Assembly: GCF_023055435.1 (NCBI RefSeq) | Contig: NW_025964112.1 | Location: 8,804,001-8,868,000 of the forward strand | Direction: 5' to 3' | Length of the DNA: 64,000 nt | Source: Haliotis rufescens | Lineage: Eukaryota | Shown: positions 1-11,709 of the stretch, in pieces | How the letters are laid out: the number at the start of each line of letters is the position of its first letter | How positions within the stretch are numbered: the stretch's first letter is position 1 | The notes under the pieces: model-generated | What the model was told of the DNA's origin: nothing | What the model saw: only the letters and a program-made list of their open reading frames with translations | The model's database searches: none | Translations under genes and position numbers: made by a program

Positions 1-1075
1 CAACTGGCCTTTCATTTTCAAGGTCTTATGTGAATACCTTTCCATTTTCATAAATCAGTTTATCAAATCTAAGCTTACATTTCTCACCAAGTGCCTTTGA
101 ATCATCCATTATTGTTTTTAACATTTTATGCTTATTTCTAACGTTTAATGAATAGTCTTCCGAAATACTGTATGAAGTACCTTTGAGTCGTTTAGCATTT
201 CTAAGGATAGACTATTTCGTACCATAGTCTCTAAATTTGATATTGAGAGATTTACTGTTATTCAATCTATGACAACGTTCAATTGCCATATCTGAATCAC
301 CCATTTCCAGATTGTCCTTAATGATGTTACGTACTATATCTTCACAATCTGTCTATGTCTCTGATTGTTTCTCTTTCACAACACCGTTGAATAGCAGATT
401 ATTTCTACGGCTTTGGTTTTCTATATAGTCCAGTTTGTCTGTGACTGAAGACAGTGTTGTGTTGATTTTAGGGTACCGTTTTCTTCCTCGAGTTTGTTAC
501 ATCTCACAGACAGGGCGTTAACGTTGCTAGTAAGAGAGTTAATCGACTTTGGCAGATACATTCTTTATCTCGGATAGAAGCTTTTCAAAGTCTGAAGTTT
601 CACATTCCTGACCCGATGTCAACTTGAGCTGTTTCGTGTTGGTTGTACTGTTACGGGTTTCAGGTCCTGGGTTAGGTTCGACGCCAGAACGCAGCAGTAA
701 CATCGATATGATACTCAACACTTTATATGAAGACGAAACATATCTCGAGCTGTACTTATTGTAGCTTTTGATAAATCTGCAGGGTGTTGAGGTAGTAATC
801 CTGATGCTCTCTGGACCAGATGATACGACGGATCCGGAACAGAGAGAAAATTTTGGCAGAAGTGTATCCTACATTCGTGACATGTAAACAAGGTCGAGGT
901 ATCCGTTTTGGGGAATGGATATGGGGTCTGGTGATGTGGTTCTGTGTGGAATGGGAACGAGTCGACAAGTGATAGTATTGCGGTTGAAAGTGTTGTTGAT
1001 ATGACCCATAATGAAGTGAGTAACACCGTCGTGAGCGTCACTCGGTAAGCCAGGTCAAAAATGGCGTCCACTTTG
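1..1075 (-). mobile_element. Same LINE, ORF1 and 5' region (copy 1)
   Basis: Near-identical to 15561-16616. SGVEPNPGP at 662-688. YY1-like AAAATGGCG at ~1057-1066 near the element's 5' end. Confidence 0.8.
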
Positions 1076-1139
1076 ATAAACACAATAAGCCACAAAAAGT
1101 TAGGGGTATTTTATAGTCATTAGTAATGACAGATTCAGC

Positions 1140-1400
1140 AGATTCGATAGAATTTGTATTTCTTTGTAGTGTGTCCGTAAACCCTGCCATTGAAATACCA
1201 AACGTTCTCGATCAGGGGATGGGTCTTGAGACGATTAATTAGAATAGCCTTTGCTTTAGTGTCGTCATCTTCAAGGCCTATTGATATGTTTTCTTTTAAC
1301 TGTTTCCTTGCTTTAAGGAGTCGTGCAATTCCGACAGTACAGTCGTCAATGAAGTTTGCATTTGGGGAAGTGAAATTTTGTTGTTTTTGTCATTTGAAAC
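1140..1400 (-). mobile_element. Fragment of a second LINE ORF1 C-terminus (copy 1 only)
   Basis: Minus-strand translation RLLKARKQLKENISIGLEDDDTKAKAILINRLKTHPLIENVWYFNGRVYG resembles ORF1 C-terminal regions. Confidence 0.5.
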
Positions 1401-1499
1401 TTTTTCGGAACATGCGTTTAGTGTACATTGAATTGCAAAGTCGGAGAAGTTTCATATATATACTTCACGGAATGCACGAGCTAACCTTTGTTGATCATT

Positions 1500-1800
1500 G
1501 ATATACCTGAAGCTTAAGTTAAATTCCTAGGAGAAATCCCGACGCATATGCATTAAGAAACATATCCGCAAAAAGTAGGGCACAATTGGTGCCCATGGTG
1601 ATGCTTACTTCTTGCCCAAACTGTCTTACCCCCTAACTTTACATAGATTTCATCAATGATGATGTCCACCTTTTCACATATTGTTTTCTCAGGAAACTTC
1701 AGATGACATTTGCTGTCATTTTTGACAAATTGTGCTGACCTCGAAAGATAGATGTACTATTCTATCAATGGTCACCATGTTTTGTAACAAAACCCCTATG
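1500..1800 (-). mobile_element. Penelope-like reverse transcriptase remnant (also ~16710-16990)
   Basis: Translation ITMGTNCALLFADMFLNAY matches the GIPMGTNCAPLLADLFL RT motif; frameshifted. Confidence 0.65.
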
Positions 1801-2150
1801 GATCAAGGAATGAAGTTTTCCTAAGTTTTGACAGAATTGAACTTGATTCTTATCTAAGATTGTAAAAAGTCAAGCAAATCCTTTGAGTTTCAGAAAATCC
1901 ACATTATTTATTCCACTTTCCCCTTCCTTATTGTATTAAGTATAATGGTTAATCTTCAAGACATGTATTTGGTGGTACATTTGGTGTACCCAGAGATATA
2001 TCTATCTTTGTACAGAAACAAAAGTTTCTAGTTCAACGTACTGTCTTGCACAATACCTTTTATCTATTTTGATAGTATGTCATTGTATTCAGGCAGATGT
2101 TACAGGCGACACGGATTCCACGCGGGTGTGTGTATCAAGCCCTGTATATG

Positions 2151-2182
2151 TATATATATGCAGGGAAACGTGTATGTTCATT
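2151..2182 (+). promoter_or_regulatory. Putative TATA + initiator core promoter of A1 (A2 equivalent ~17358-17388)
   Basis: TATATATAT at 2151-2159, TTCATT with A at 2180 (~29 nt spacing), ATG 19 nt further on. Confidence 0.45.
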
Positions 2183-2198
2183 AAAAGCGTTGGCAACC

Positions 2199-5100
2199 AT
2201 GAGGCTCTTGTTCCTGTTCGTGTTACTGCTGTTTTCGGTGGTTTCCGGTAAGTTTATTTACGTCTCTGCCTTTTGAATTGTAAAATGGTTAAATGGGATA
2301 TTCACTCCATAAACTGGAACGACGTGGTGTCATCAAGTATCATTAATCTGTTGTTACTATTCGCTAGATACTGGGTCCTGGGGGTGCTTGGAGAGCCTAT
2401 AGGATTTTGATTCTGCTGAAATAATGGATCATGCAAACACGAACACTATGATTTATGAGTGAAGTTGTAACATATATTTCTCATCTAATTTGGGGCGGTG
2501 GAGTAGCCTGGTGGTAAAAGCGTTCGCTCGTCACGCCGAAGACCCGGGTCTGATTCATCACATGGGTACAATATGTGAAGCCCATTTCTGGTGTCCCTCG
2601 CCATGATATTGCTGGAATATTGCTAAAAGCGGCGTAAAATCAAACGTACTCACTCACTCATCTTATTCGTGTTATGGCGACTGAAACTCGAACCCTACCA
2701 ATTTCTTGCGTAACCCGGCACACCCTGTACCATCGCAAAACCTGATACAAATTTGCAAATCTCTCGAGCACTAATATATCTGTTATTTCCTGTGAAAGCT
2801 AAATTTTAAATGCGAGGATGTTGATTTAGCAATTAGCGAGAACAAATTAAAAGAACTCATTGAATAATTTTCCAGGGAAGAATGGAACCTCAGATGTGAT
2901 CGATTTCTCCCAACTAGTAAACTGCAGCGATCTACAATCTATGTTGTTAATTGAACAAAAGTGTCTTGAAGAATACGGCGTCACCTTCAAAATTCCATCC
3001 TTAAGCGAAATCAACAACTCGTCCGGAGCTGCATTATTGTCTTCGATAACCCCAGGTTATTTAGATGACATGTGTAGGTTAGTATGAACAATTCCTTTAA
3101 TAACACTTTAATAACATCAACAATCATACTTCATGCTACTATTAATGATGATTGCGGCATTGGAATAGCGAAAAACAAGATCAAATGATAATGATAATTG
3201 AAATACTACCATTATGATTTTAGTGCAGTGACTGATGTTTTACGCCGCAGTCAAGGATGCCCAAGTATCAATGTATGAAGTCGAATATTGACCGGGCAAT
3301 CCGGTGACTGGCGTTTTTGATGCATGTCATCGAATCCCAATTGCTCATGCTGTAAATCAGCTTGATGGTTTAGGCTCGATTATTTATAGACTGCCACCCT
3401 AAAGCTGGAATATTGCAAATCTCAATAAAATTAGACATCCTAATAGGTTCATGTCAGAACGACATTTCATCCCATCAATCAGTTAACCAGATCGGGAAAG
3501 TGACAGTTGGAAAGTGTTTTCTGATCATGCAAACTCGAAATGGTTTATACGAGGTATTCCGAACGACAGTAAAGGGCTGTACGACTGATTCCATAAAAAG
3601 ATCGTCTTCGTCTCGCTTTAAAGGATAATAAACATTTGAAAGTGACTTTAACAGAAGAAAATTGACTATAGCCCGTAGGAAGTACTTGACAATTAATGGG
3701 ATGACCTGAGAGCTCTGTTTAGCAGTTGGTATATTGCTAAGTGTGGTGCTAAACAACAAACAAAGAAACAAAGTAGTATTTGACATTAACCCTGCTTGAA
3801 CAACAGTATGGTTGTGTTTGGGCTATGTTTCTGCAATTGCGTATTTTTTTGATTATATGATACAGAGTATATGATACATTCAACCTTTTTATAACATTGT
3901 TGCAAAATAAACGAAATGATTCTCGTTCACGTTGTCCATGTAATAACATTGTCATTTGACGAAACGTTCAGGAATCTTGACGGTTATGGGAAGGCCGCTG
4001 ATTGTGTTGGTAACATAAACAGGAAGTGTTTAAAACAGACCGATACGTCTCCGACGGCAGACAAGATAAAGAAGTGGCAAGAATATGCCTGCGCCAACAA
4101 GGACAGTGAGTATAGCGTAATTGTTAACCACTGACAAAGGAATTGGACACAATTGTCACCGGATCCTATCCGTTATGTCAGTAATAGACCATAGTAAACG
4201 CCAGAGAATAAACAGTCTTGATTATCTGCTCAAACAGATTCAATTGGTCTTAAATCACCTCTGATAATGTGACATGTATCAGTGTTACGAAGTTTCCAAC
4301 ATGAAACGCAAAGCTAATCCTAGAAATGGGTTTGTACAAGCTAAAATTGTGAAATAAGTAAATGACCAAACATGATTAATGTATTTTATTCAAAAATACA
4401 GTTTAATGTTTACAATCAAAACAGGCAGTACAATGGTCAAACAAATGGCAATAGCAATAAGTATCAGGCCTCACAATATATTTCCGAGCACTCACGAATG
4501 TCCAGAAAATTTCAGTCGAATGTCGTTAAACAATGCTGCCTCTATTTTAGAATTCAAGCTGGTTTTGGAATTCGGTAATTTTCAGATAGGTATCCCGTCT
4601 GTACTTGATAGGTAGATAAAATGCAAGACAAGTTGTAAAAGACCTCGAATCGCACTCTTGTCGCTCTTATATAGGTACAACCACCCTTTTAGAAACTGTC
4701 CAATCCTGAAACTTCTCGAATGCTCAAGACTGTCATGTTTGTCAACAACCAAAGGGGTAACTCTATGTCTTTGAAAGGCATTTAGATGTGATACACATAA
4801 GGAAAAGAATGTATGGATATCAACTTCTTTATTATTTATATATATATATATATATATATATGTACATGTAAGGACAACACAATTAAAGTCCAAAAACAAC
4901 TTGGAAAATGAAACTGTTGGTGGTTCATGAAATGTGTAATATTCTGGAATTTTTAGGGAAATATATGTTTGTCTAAGAATGTTACTCAAATTTAAAGAGT
5001 CAATTCCCTTTTATGATATGAGGGATGACTTCAACCTTTCAATAGTCACCTTTTGTTGAGCAATATTCCAGCAGCTCCAGATTTTGGTGTCTACATTTCA

Positions 5101-8100
5101 CAACTTGAGTTGTACAATCGAGCATGCTCTTTCCTTCAAAGAACGTTATGCGACCCTTGTGCAAAATTGTTTGATCAAGGTTACAACATTCAAGGCCACA
5201 TTAAAGCTTTCCAAAGCCGTCCTCTTTCCTTTCTGGTTACCATAAAAAAAAATTCTATTGTAAGCTGAGTAGATGTAAAGTTGGATTGAATTCAGGATTA
5301 GTTATCAAAACAGGATATGTTTTGAAATTTTTGAACCACGTAAGATGTGTTCGAAAGAAAAATGCTTGTCTGAAATATATTGTTTATTGATAAACCTCGA
5401 TAACTCGACCTTCATAAACTGAATAAATTGTTCAAGGGGATGTACAAGTCCCTTTGGCTCTGTGATATCAAATCACTCGAAACTACAACCAGCTCTATAT
5501 ATTTTGATTTACTCCAGTACTTCGAGAAATGAGGTTTCTCGGTGCACTAATTCATTTTATTGATGTCAATTTCCACCTTAGATGTTAAGAAACTTGCTAT
5601 CTTTTTTAACTTTACCCTAGGCATCCGTAAGAACTTATACCAGTACATAAATAAAACAGTACTGTTTTTATAATCCCCGGCTATCTAGTTGTTTAACTAT
5701 TAAGTACGTCATTGTTCCTCAAGAGCTCAACATGACCTGCATGGTCGAAGTGACGTCTAAAATGGGGGACTGTGCCGATGTCAGCAGTTACATAACCACC
5801 AATGATTACCTTCACCTCAACTTTACTGAGTTGATGCACAAGATAGATTGTTTGTGAGTAACTTGTCGTCAAATACTAGTATCCTTCTTTAAAATGATAC
5901 AACCCGTGTGCGTGAGTGCGTGTATTTATCTCATGACCACCATTCTTAGTTTTTATGGAAGTTCACAGGCAGGAAAACATTTGTGTAACTCACATCAGGC
6001 CTGATTAAAAGATTATTAGATTCTTGCTATCCTTTTTACCCCAATAGTCGTACATGGTATCATAGAAAGGCTGATTGATATCCATGAACAGGTTCTTCCG
6101 ATATTTACTTTTCCCCAAAACTACAAAACATCGAATCTTTGACATTCCATCATTAGCAACTAGAAGATATCAACCTCATTAAGTCTTTACATGAAATACA
6201 TTACATTACAATACCAAATCCGTTGAAAGTTAATTTGATGTGCCTTGTACATGAAACAGAGCTATAACCCCTCACAATCTAATCAAAATCTTAATTATAT
6301 TAAAGGTTGATTTCATTTGAATTATCTATGTCAGGTCAGCACAGATGTCGTCGCTATGTGCCCGAAAGTACATACCAGCCTGTGGCGAGGCCGCACTCCA
6401 TATGTATGAAGCAAACGTGCCAAACAACACAGACTGCTCGTCATTTGCTACAGGTTCGTCACAACAGGACTGACAGACATCCTCACACACATATGATCAG
6501 TAAAACAGCAGATGGATTAAGGAGATGTAGTTGTGTGCAAAGGCTATTAATGAACATTATATTAACTCTGTTGTGTGTTGAGTAAAGTTGTAAATAATTA
6601 AATATAGTTACTAGTATATACGATCTATAGCCCAAACGTTAAACTGTACCTGTCATACTCTTAGGGATGCTGGCGACGGAACATTATATATTCAACCTTT
6701 CTCAAAACCTAACTGTCATATCATTTTGGTGTTATTTGACTGTAAAATATTCTTATTCATTTATTGTTGCAAGAGCTTTAGATCGATGCTCATGATGTCA
6801 ATCGATGGATTATCTGTTCGAGAATCGATTATTTACAGGCCGCCATCGTATAGCTGGAATATTCTGAGTGCGGCGTTAAACAACAATCAACAAACAGACA
6901 GACAAACAAGCAATTTCTGGTATTTGCCATGTGCATACATATTTTCTGGTCGTTTCATCGAGTAGGTTTGGGAATCATTTATAAACAAGCCTTCCTGTAA
7001 ATACATGTACCATGGCATATTCCTGCGACTTGATATTAATTCATTCACTTCCGTCAGGCCCAGACATCGCCAGCGTGGACTGTTCCACCACTGAAAACAT
7101 CCGAAGCAGCTACCATCAATGCTTATTGTACAACAGTGTATTGCTAGATGTCCCGAAGCAACTAACAAGTGAAGGCACTAGCCATTACATTATGAACGCT
7201 ATGGCAATGAGTGAAAGCAAGACGATGTGCAGGTATATGTAATTTTAAGAAATCGCTTACTACCACCTCGAACTCCTCTAGTTACAAGTGTCTGTGTTCA
7301 ATATTAATATAAAACATCAAAGCCCCCAAAACCAGTCTCGAGTATCCATTGGACCAAAAGGCAAGATAGCAGTTGATGGATCACGGAAAATCAGACATCG
7401 CGGGTAAGCGATTGATCAATATTAACAGTATTACAAATTTAGACATGAGATATGTGAGAAAAGTAAAGTTCTTTTTACAAATGTGCAATCTCAACCAGGA
7501 TGACAGCGGTATTTTGACCGTTATATCTGAGGTTGCGCTGCTTCTCTGGCGTCTGTTATCTATCGCCGTCTTCGACATTATCAATAAACATTTTCTTGAT
7601 GTTGCTTCAATTGTCGCATGGTTATCCATCCGTAAAGAAGCGGGATTTCATATGCGTACAGAAAATAGCGCTTCTTCCCGAGGCAAGAGAGTTAACTGAC
7701 TATAAAAGTACAGTTTCCAGTCCAGCCAGTTAACTCTCTTGAATCGGGAAGATGAAAATAGCGCGGCATAGATCTTAAAGTCTCCAAAATATATTTCTCC
7801 ATTTTCAGGGTTCCTTTTTAAATTACTTATATAGAAAAACATATATCTTTATCTTTTATCAACCAGTAACATTATTTGTCAATTGTATGTAATTACAAAG
7901 CTTTAAGCATTGTATTATTCGAATGTACATCTAATTCATGCTTCGGAAATACTTATTTTGAGAACTTTTAAAATCATTTTGCTTCCATTTACTATCTTCC
8001 GAATTTTCTTATGTAGAACTGATGCAAGCATTTTAGAAATTTTAAAAATGTATTACCAAACAAGCAGGTGAGCTACGTTTTAATGAGACGATACTGATAC

Positions 8101-11012
8101 TATTGAACATTTTTACACCAGGCACAGTTGACCGATATGAAATGGTTTTCAAAAAGGGCACTTTAAAGGGAACGTGAACCTATTTCAGAAGCAAGTATCC
8201 CAGCATGAATTATAGAATGACTAAATAGTACGTGTTACATATACAGAATATACATAAACATACAGCGTGCTTCATAAGTTACGTTCTATGTCGTACAGTA
8301 ATCTGAAGAACTACCAGCTGACAGTGAACTGTGTGTAACATACACAGAATATACATAAACATACAGCGTGCTTCATAAGTTACGTTCTATATCATACAGT
8401 AATCTGAAGAACTACCAGCTGGCAGTGAACTGTGTGTAACATACACAGAATATACATAAACATACAGCGTGCTTCATAAGTTACGTTCTATATCATACAG
8501 TAATCTGAAGAACTACCAGCTGGCAGTGAACTGTGTGTGACATACACAGAATATACATAAACATACAGCGTGCTTCATAAGTTACGTTCTATATCATACA
8601 GTAATCTGAAAAACTACCAGCTGGCAGTGAACTGTGTGTAACATACACAGAATATACATAAACATACAGCGTGCTTCATAAGTTACGTTCTATATCATAC
8701 AGTAATCTGAAGAACTACCAGCTTACAGTGAACTGTGTGTAACATACACAGAATATACATAAACATACAGCGTGCTTCATAAGTTACGTTCTATATCATA
8801 CAGTAATCTGAAGAACTACCAGCTTACAGTGAACTGTGTGTAACATACACAGAATATACATAAACATACAGCGTGCTTCATAAGTTACGTTCTATATCAT
8901 ACAGTAATCTGAAGAACTACCAGCTGGCAGTGAACTGTACTCTGTGGGTACAGGAGCAGTGCAGTGACCACGTGACAAAGCCGATGGTGGCCGACTCCAA
9001 GACAGTGCAGGACGGCTTGGCTAAACTCTGCGGCCACATCCAGGGTAAGATATACGTCAAAATGTCCATCCGTTATTTATACGTGTATGTCTTTGTTGAG
9101 ACTCGAGACGCACACAACATTCAAGTTCCATAATTATACGTGTGTAGAGGTTGGCATTTTAATTTTTTTTTAAACCCGGTGAGATTTGAAAGTCATTTTT
9201 AAAGTATACAGTGCATGGATACAATATATTTATTTTATTTCAAACTAGTATATACTAATTTAAATCCGGGATATAGAGTCATACATGTCTTCGATTTTTA
9301 GACGTGTTGAAGGTGGAATTTTTAAAACGGCGATATTTAAATTTAAAAAGGAAGAACTATGTATAATTTAGAAAAGGCATTCTTTTTTATTTAATTCAAA
9401 GTTGTATGGTATTTTTATTTAAGAATGATATAGTGAATCTTTCTTATAATTGTCTGTTCCTAGATTTCGACACTCAGTGCGTACAGAATGCACCTAAAGC
9501 AGTTTGCGGCAGTGGCCATGGACTCCAAGCTTTGGATTCAACTAGCCCAAGACACCTTTGCGCGTAAGTAAATTTCATCAGAGATCTTTCGGTTCAAAGA
9601 CACCATGACGGTCTGAAGAATGCTTAGTACCTTATTAAATATTTCTATGTTAGATCAATGGTGTATTCACGTGGATAATTGGTAAAGAAGTTGCATGCAT
9701 GTATTGAGCTGCAAACAATATAGCAGGCTCTACCGTGTTTACAACCCACGGTGTCACTGGTAGTCCAAAAGGATATCACAGTATGACTGAACGCAACTTT
9801 AATCAGGCTGAACTCAGTAATATTCCATCTAGATGCATTAACCGGGGACCTATCAATAGTCGTGGTCAGTCAGACCAGTGGTTGATAGCATGAATAAAAA
9901 TCCACGCCTGGATTGCATGATGACGCACAATCACTCAGGTGACACACTGTAACCACCAGATGTTCATTAAGTTTCTGACACCCATAGTATATATTGTAGC
10001 AAAACAAATAAAAGCGACAAAACCCTATGTATAACCAAACGAATTCTCTATTCAAAGTAATGACAATTGTGATATGGTTATGAATAACTAGTGATGATGA
10101 CAGTTGTTCCCGATGTGATCGTATTTGTTTCACCAATGTCACCCGTCACAAACACGTGCAATGGAAAGTCAATGGTTGAGCTGAATTTGTTTCGGAAATG
10201 TGTTCCACAAGTCTATCAAACACATTTTAAAAGCTTTACTAAGGTTTCAATGTTGCAACCCCGATGGAACAACTTATGTGCATGAGTCGTATGAAGATTT
10301 ATTGAATCTTCGAACGAAAGCGTTAGACCAGCTTTTGTGAAACGTGTACTAAGGTTAAAACAAGGCGTGTGTTCCCTTTCCGCGAAAACCTTGTGTCATC
10401 TCTCTATCAATGGTTGAGCTGAATTGCTTTGGAAATGTCTTCCACAAGTCTATCATAAACATTTTAAAAGCTTTACATAGGCCTTGAATGTTGTTACCCT
10501 AATGTGCAGGAGTATGAACCTTTATTCAATCTTCAAACGAAGGAGATGGACCGGCTTCTGTAAAACGTGTACTAACGGTAAAACAGGACATGTGTTCCCT
10601 TTACGCGGAGACCTTTTGTTCCCTTTACGCGGACACCTTGTGTCATCTCTGACTCAGTATGATAATTTCAAATAAGTTTCACTTTTTGCCTTTTGCGCTT
10701 TATGGAATATGTCCGTAATCCAGACTGGTTATTACCTGGTATTAACGTTTTCTTATTCACCATGCTTTAAATAAGTGTCAAGAGTTTTCAGATTCCTTGC
10801 GCCTTTTTTATATATGATATTTCTACTCAGGATTGTACATGGTAACTCTGGAAGTGTTTTTGCTTGTTTTCAGTGCCACTAGTGCCACCCGGAAGTGTCT
10901 GGTGTCGGCAGTGAGTGGCTGCAGCAAGACGACTGTCAGCATGTACGAAGACCTCCTGCGTAGCCAATCCCCGTCTATGTGTCTGACCGCTGGGTCAGTC
11001 GTAATTGGCTGA
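2199..11012 (+). CDS. Gene A1: secreted Cys-rich protein, 395 aa, signal peptide + two 12-Cys domains (uncharacterised family)
   Basis: Nine phase-consistent GT-AG exons: 2199-2247, 2876-3077, 3972-4105, 5724-5853, 6335-6453, 7058-7232, 8905-9044, 9464-9563, 10874-11012 (1188 nt, no internal stop). Starts MRLLFLFVLLLFSVVSG (signal peptide), ends ...SPSMCLTAGSVVIG*. Exons 2-9 each have 3 Cys; several N-x-S/T sequons. Frame is preserved in the A2 copy. ATTAAA at 11053-11058. Confidence 0.85.
2491..2660 (+). mobile_element. tRNA-derived SINE with (ACTC)n tail (copies ~17689-17857, 38497-38572, 45325-45408, 51292-51450 -, 51467-51585, 62070-62200 -)
   Basis: A-box TAGCCTGGTGG, degenerate B-box, body GATATTGCTGGAATATTGCTAAAAGCGGCGTAAAA, ACTC tail; dispersed copies. 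Confidence 0.85.
5005..5230 (+). mobile_element. Penelope-like RT C-terminal remnant (related pieces at ~10000-10650 -, ~47900-48290 +, ~58425-58865 +)
   Basis: YDMRDDFNLSIV...SNIPAAPDFGVYISQLELYNRACS resembles the YDKRDDF...SNIP..PAYGVYISQL.RY.RACS motif. Confidence 0.65.
8233..8938 (+). repeat. 101-bp tandem repeat, 7 units, spanning the intron 6 / exon 7 boundary of A1
   Basis: Acceptor ACAG|TAATCTG recurs with exon starts at 8299, 8400, 8501, 8602, 8703, 8804, 8905. Confidence 0.95.
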
Positions 11013-11709
11013 TGTAGATTGTCAGTTACAGCTTCACGTAGCTTAAACGGAGATTAAATATGTTCCAATATCTACATCGAAGTTGTTTTAAGTTTTGTTA
11101 TTCCTGTATTTTCCTGGTTTGTCCAGGTATTTTGCAATGCTAACCTATGTTATTGACAGTGTATTTAGAAGTGTAATATTTTTCATACATGACCTTCTGA
11201 GGATAAAAATCAGGAAAGTACCCGAGAGTTATATATTATAAATAATTATTGGCTGTCGTTTGATTTAGGATAACCACAGAACAAGAATTCAGTCTCTGAT
11301 CGGGTTCTGTGCTAGCTGATAACACAAACAAATATTAATATGAGGGTTGTAAATAAAGCGACAGAACCCTTTCCATATCCAATATAAATCTCTGTATAAA
11401 GCAAAGTCGATTATACAATTCCGATTATATCATGAGCATGTGTTTATAAATCACTATAAAATAGTAATCACACCAGGTTCCGCGAAAAGGTGAGCATATC
11501 CTGCCCCACCGGGGGCACCCGTCACAAACACATGCAAAGGCAACTCAATTTGTAAGTTCGATCTGAATGTATTATGACGTCACAGCTCGAAAATGCCGTG
11601 AAAGCCCCTTGACACGTTGTCAAATTTGTATGTGTTGAGTTTGTAACGTATTTTAAGAAACTAAAAGAAAATAGTACAAAAGAAAGTCCACATTCAGATT
11701 GTTCGGGTT

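Noticed and set aside
6340-6453. Alternative model joining exon 3 directly to an acceptor at 6339
   Set aside because: It is in frame, but exon 5724-5853 with the 6334 acceptor restores the 12-Cys domain and matches B2 phases. It remains a possible skipping isoform.
8233-8938. CRISPR-like appearance of the regular repeats here and at 47112-47897
   Set aside because: No unique spacers, no cas genes, eukaryotic context.
2199-11012. Identification of A/B as lysin, sp18 or VERL
   Set aside because: The architecture (24 Cys, multi-module, no ZP domain) does not match; only the evolutionary pattern is analogous.
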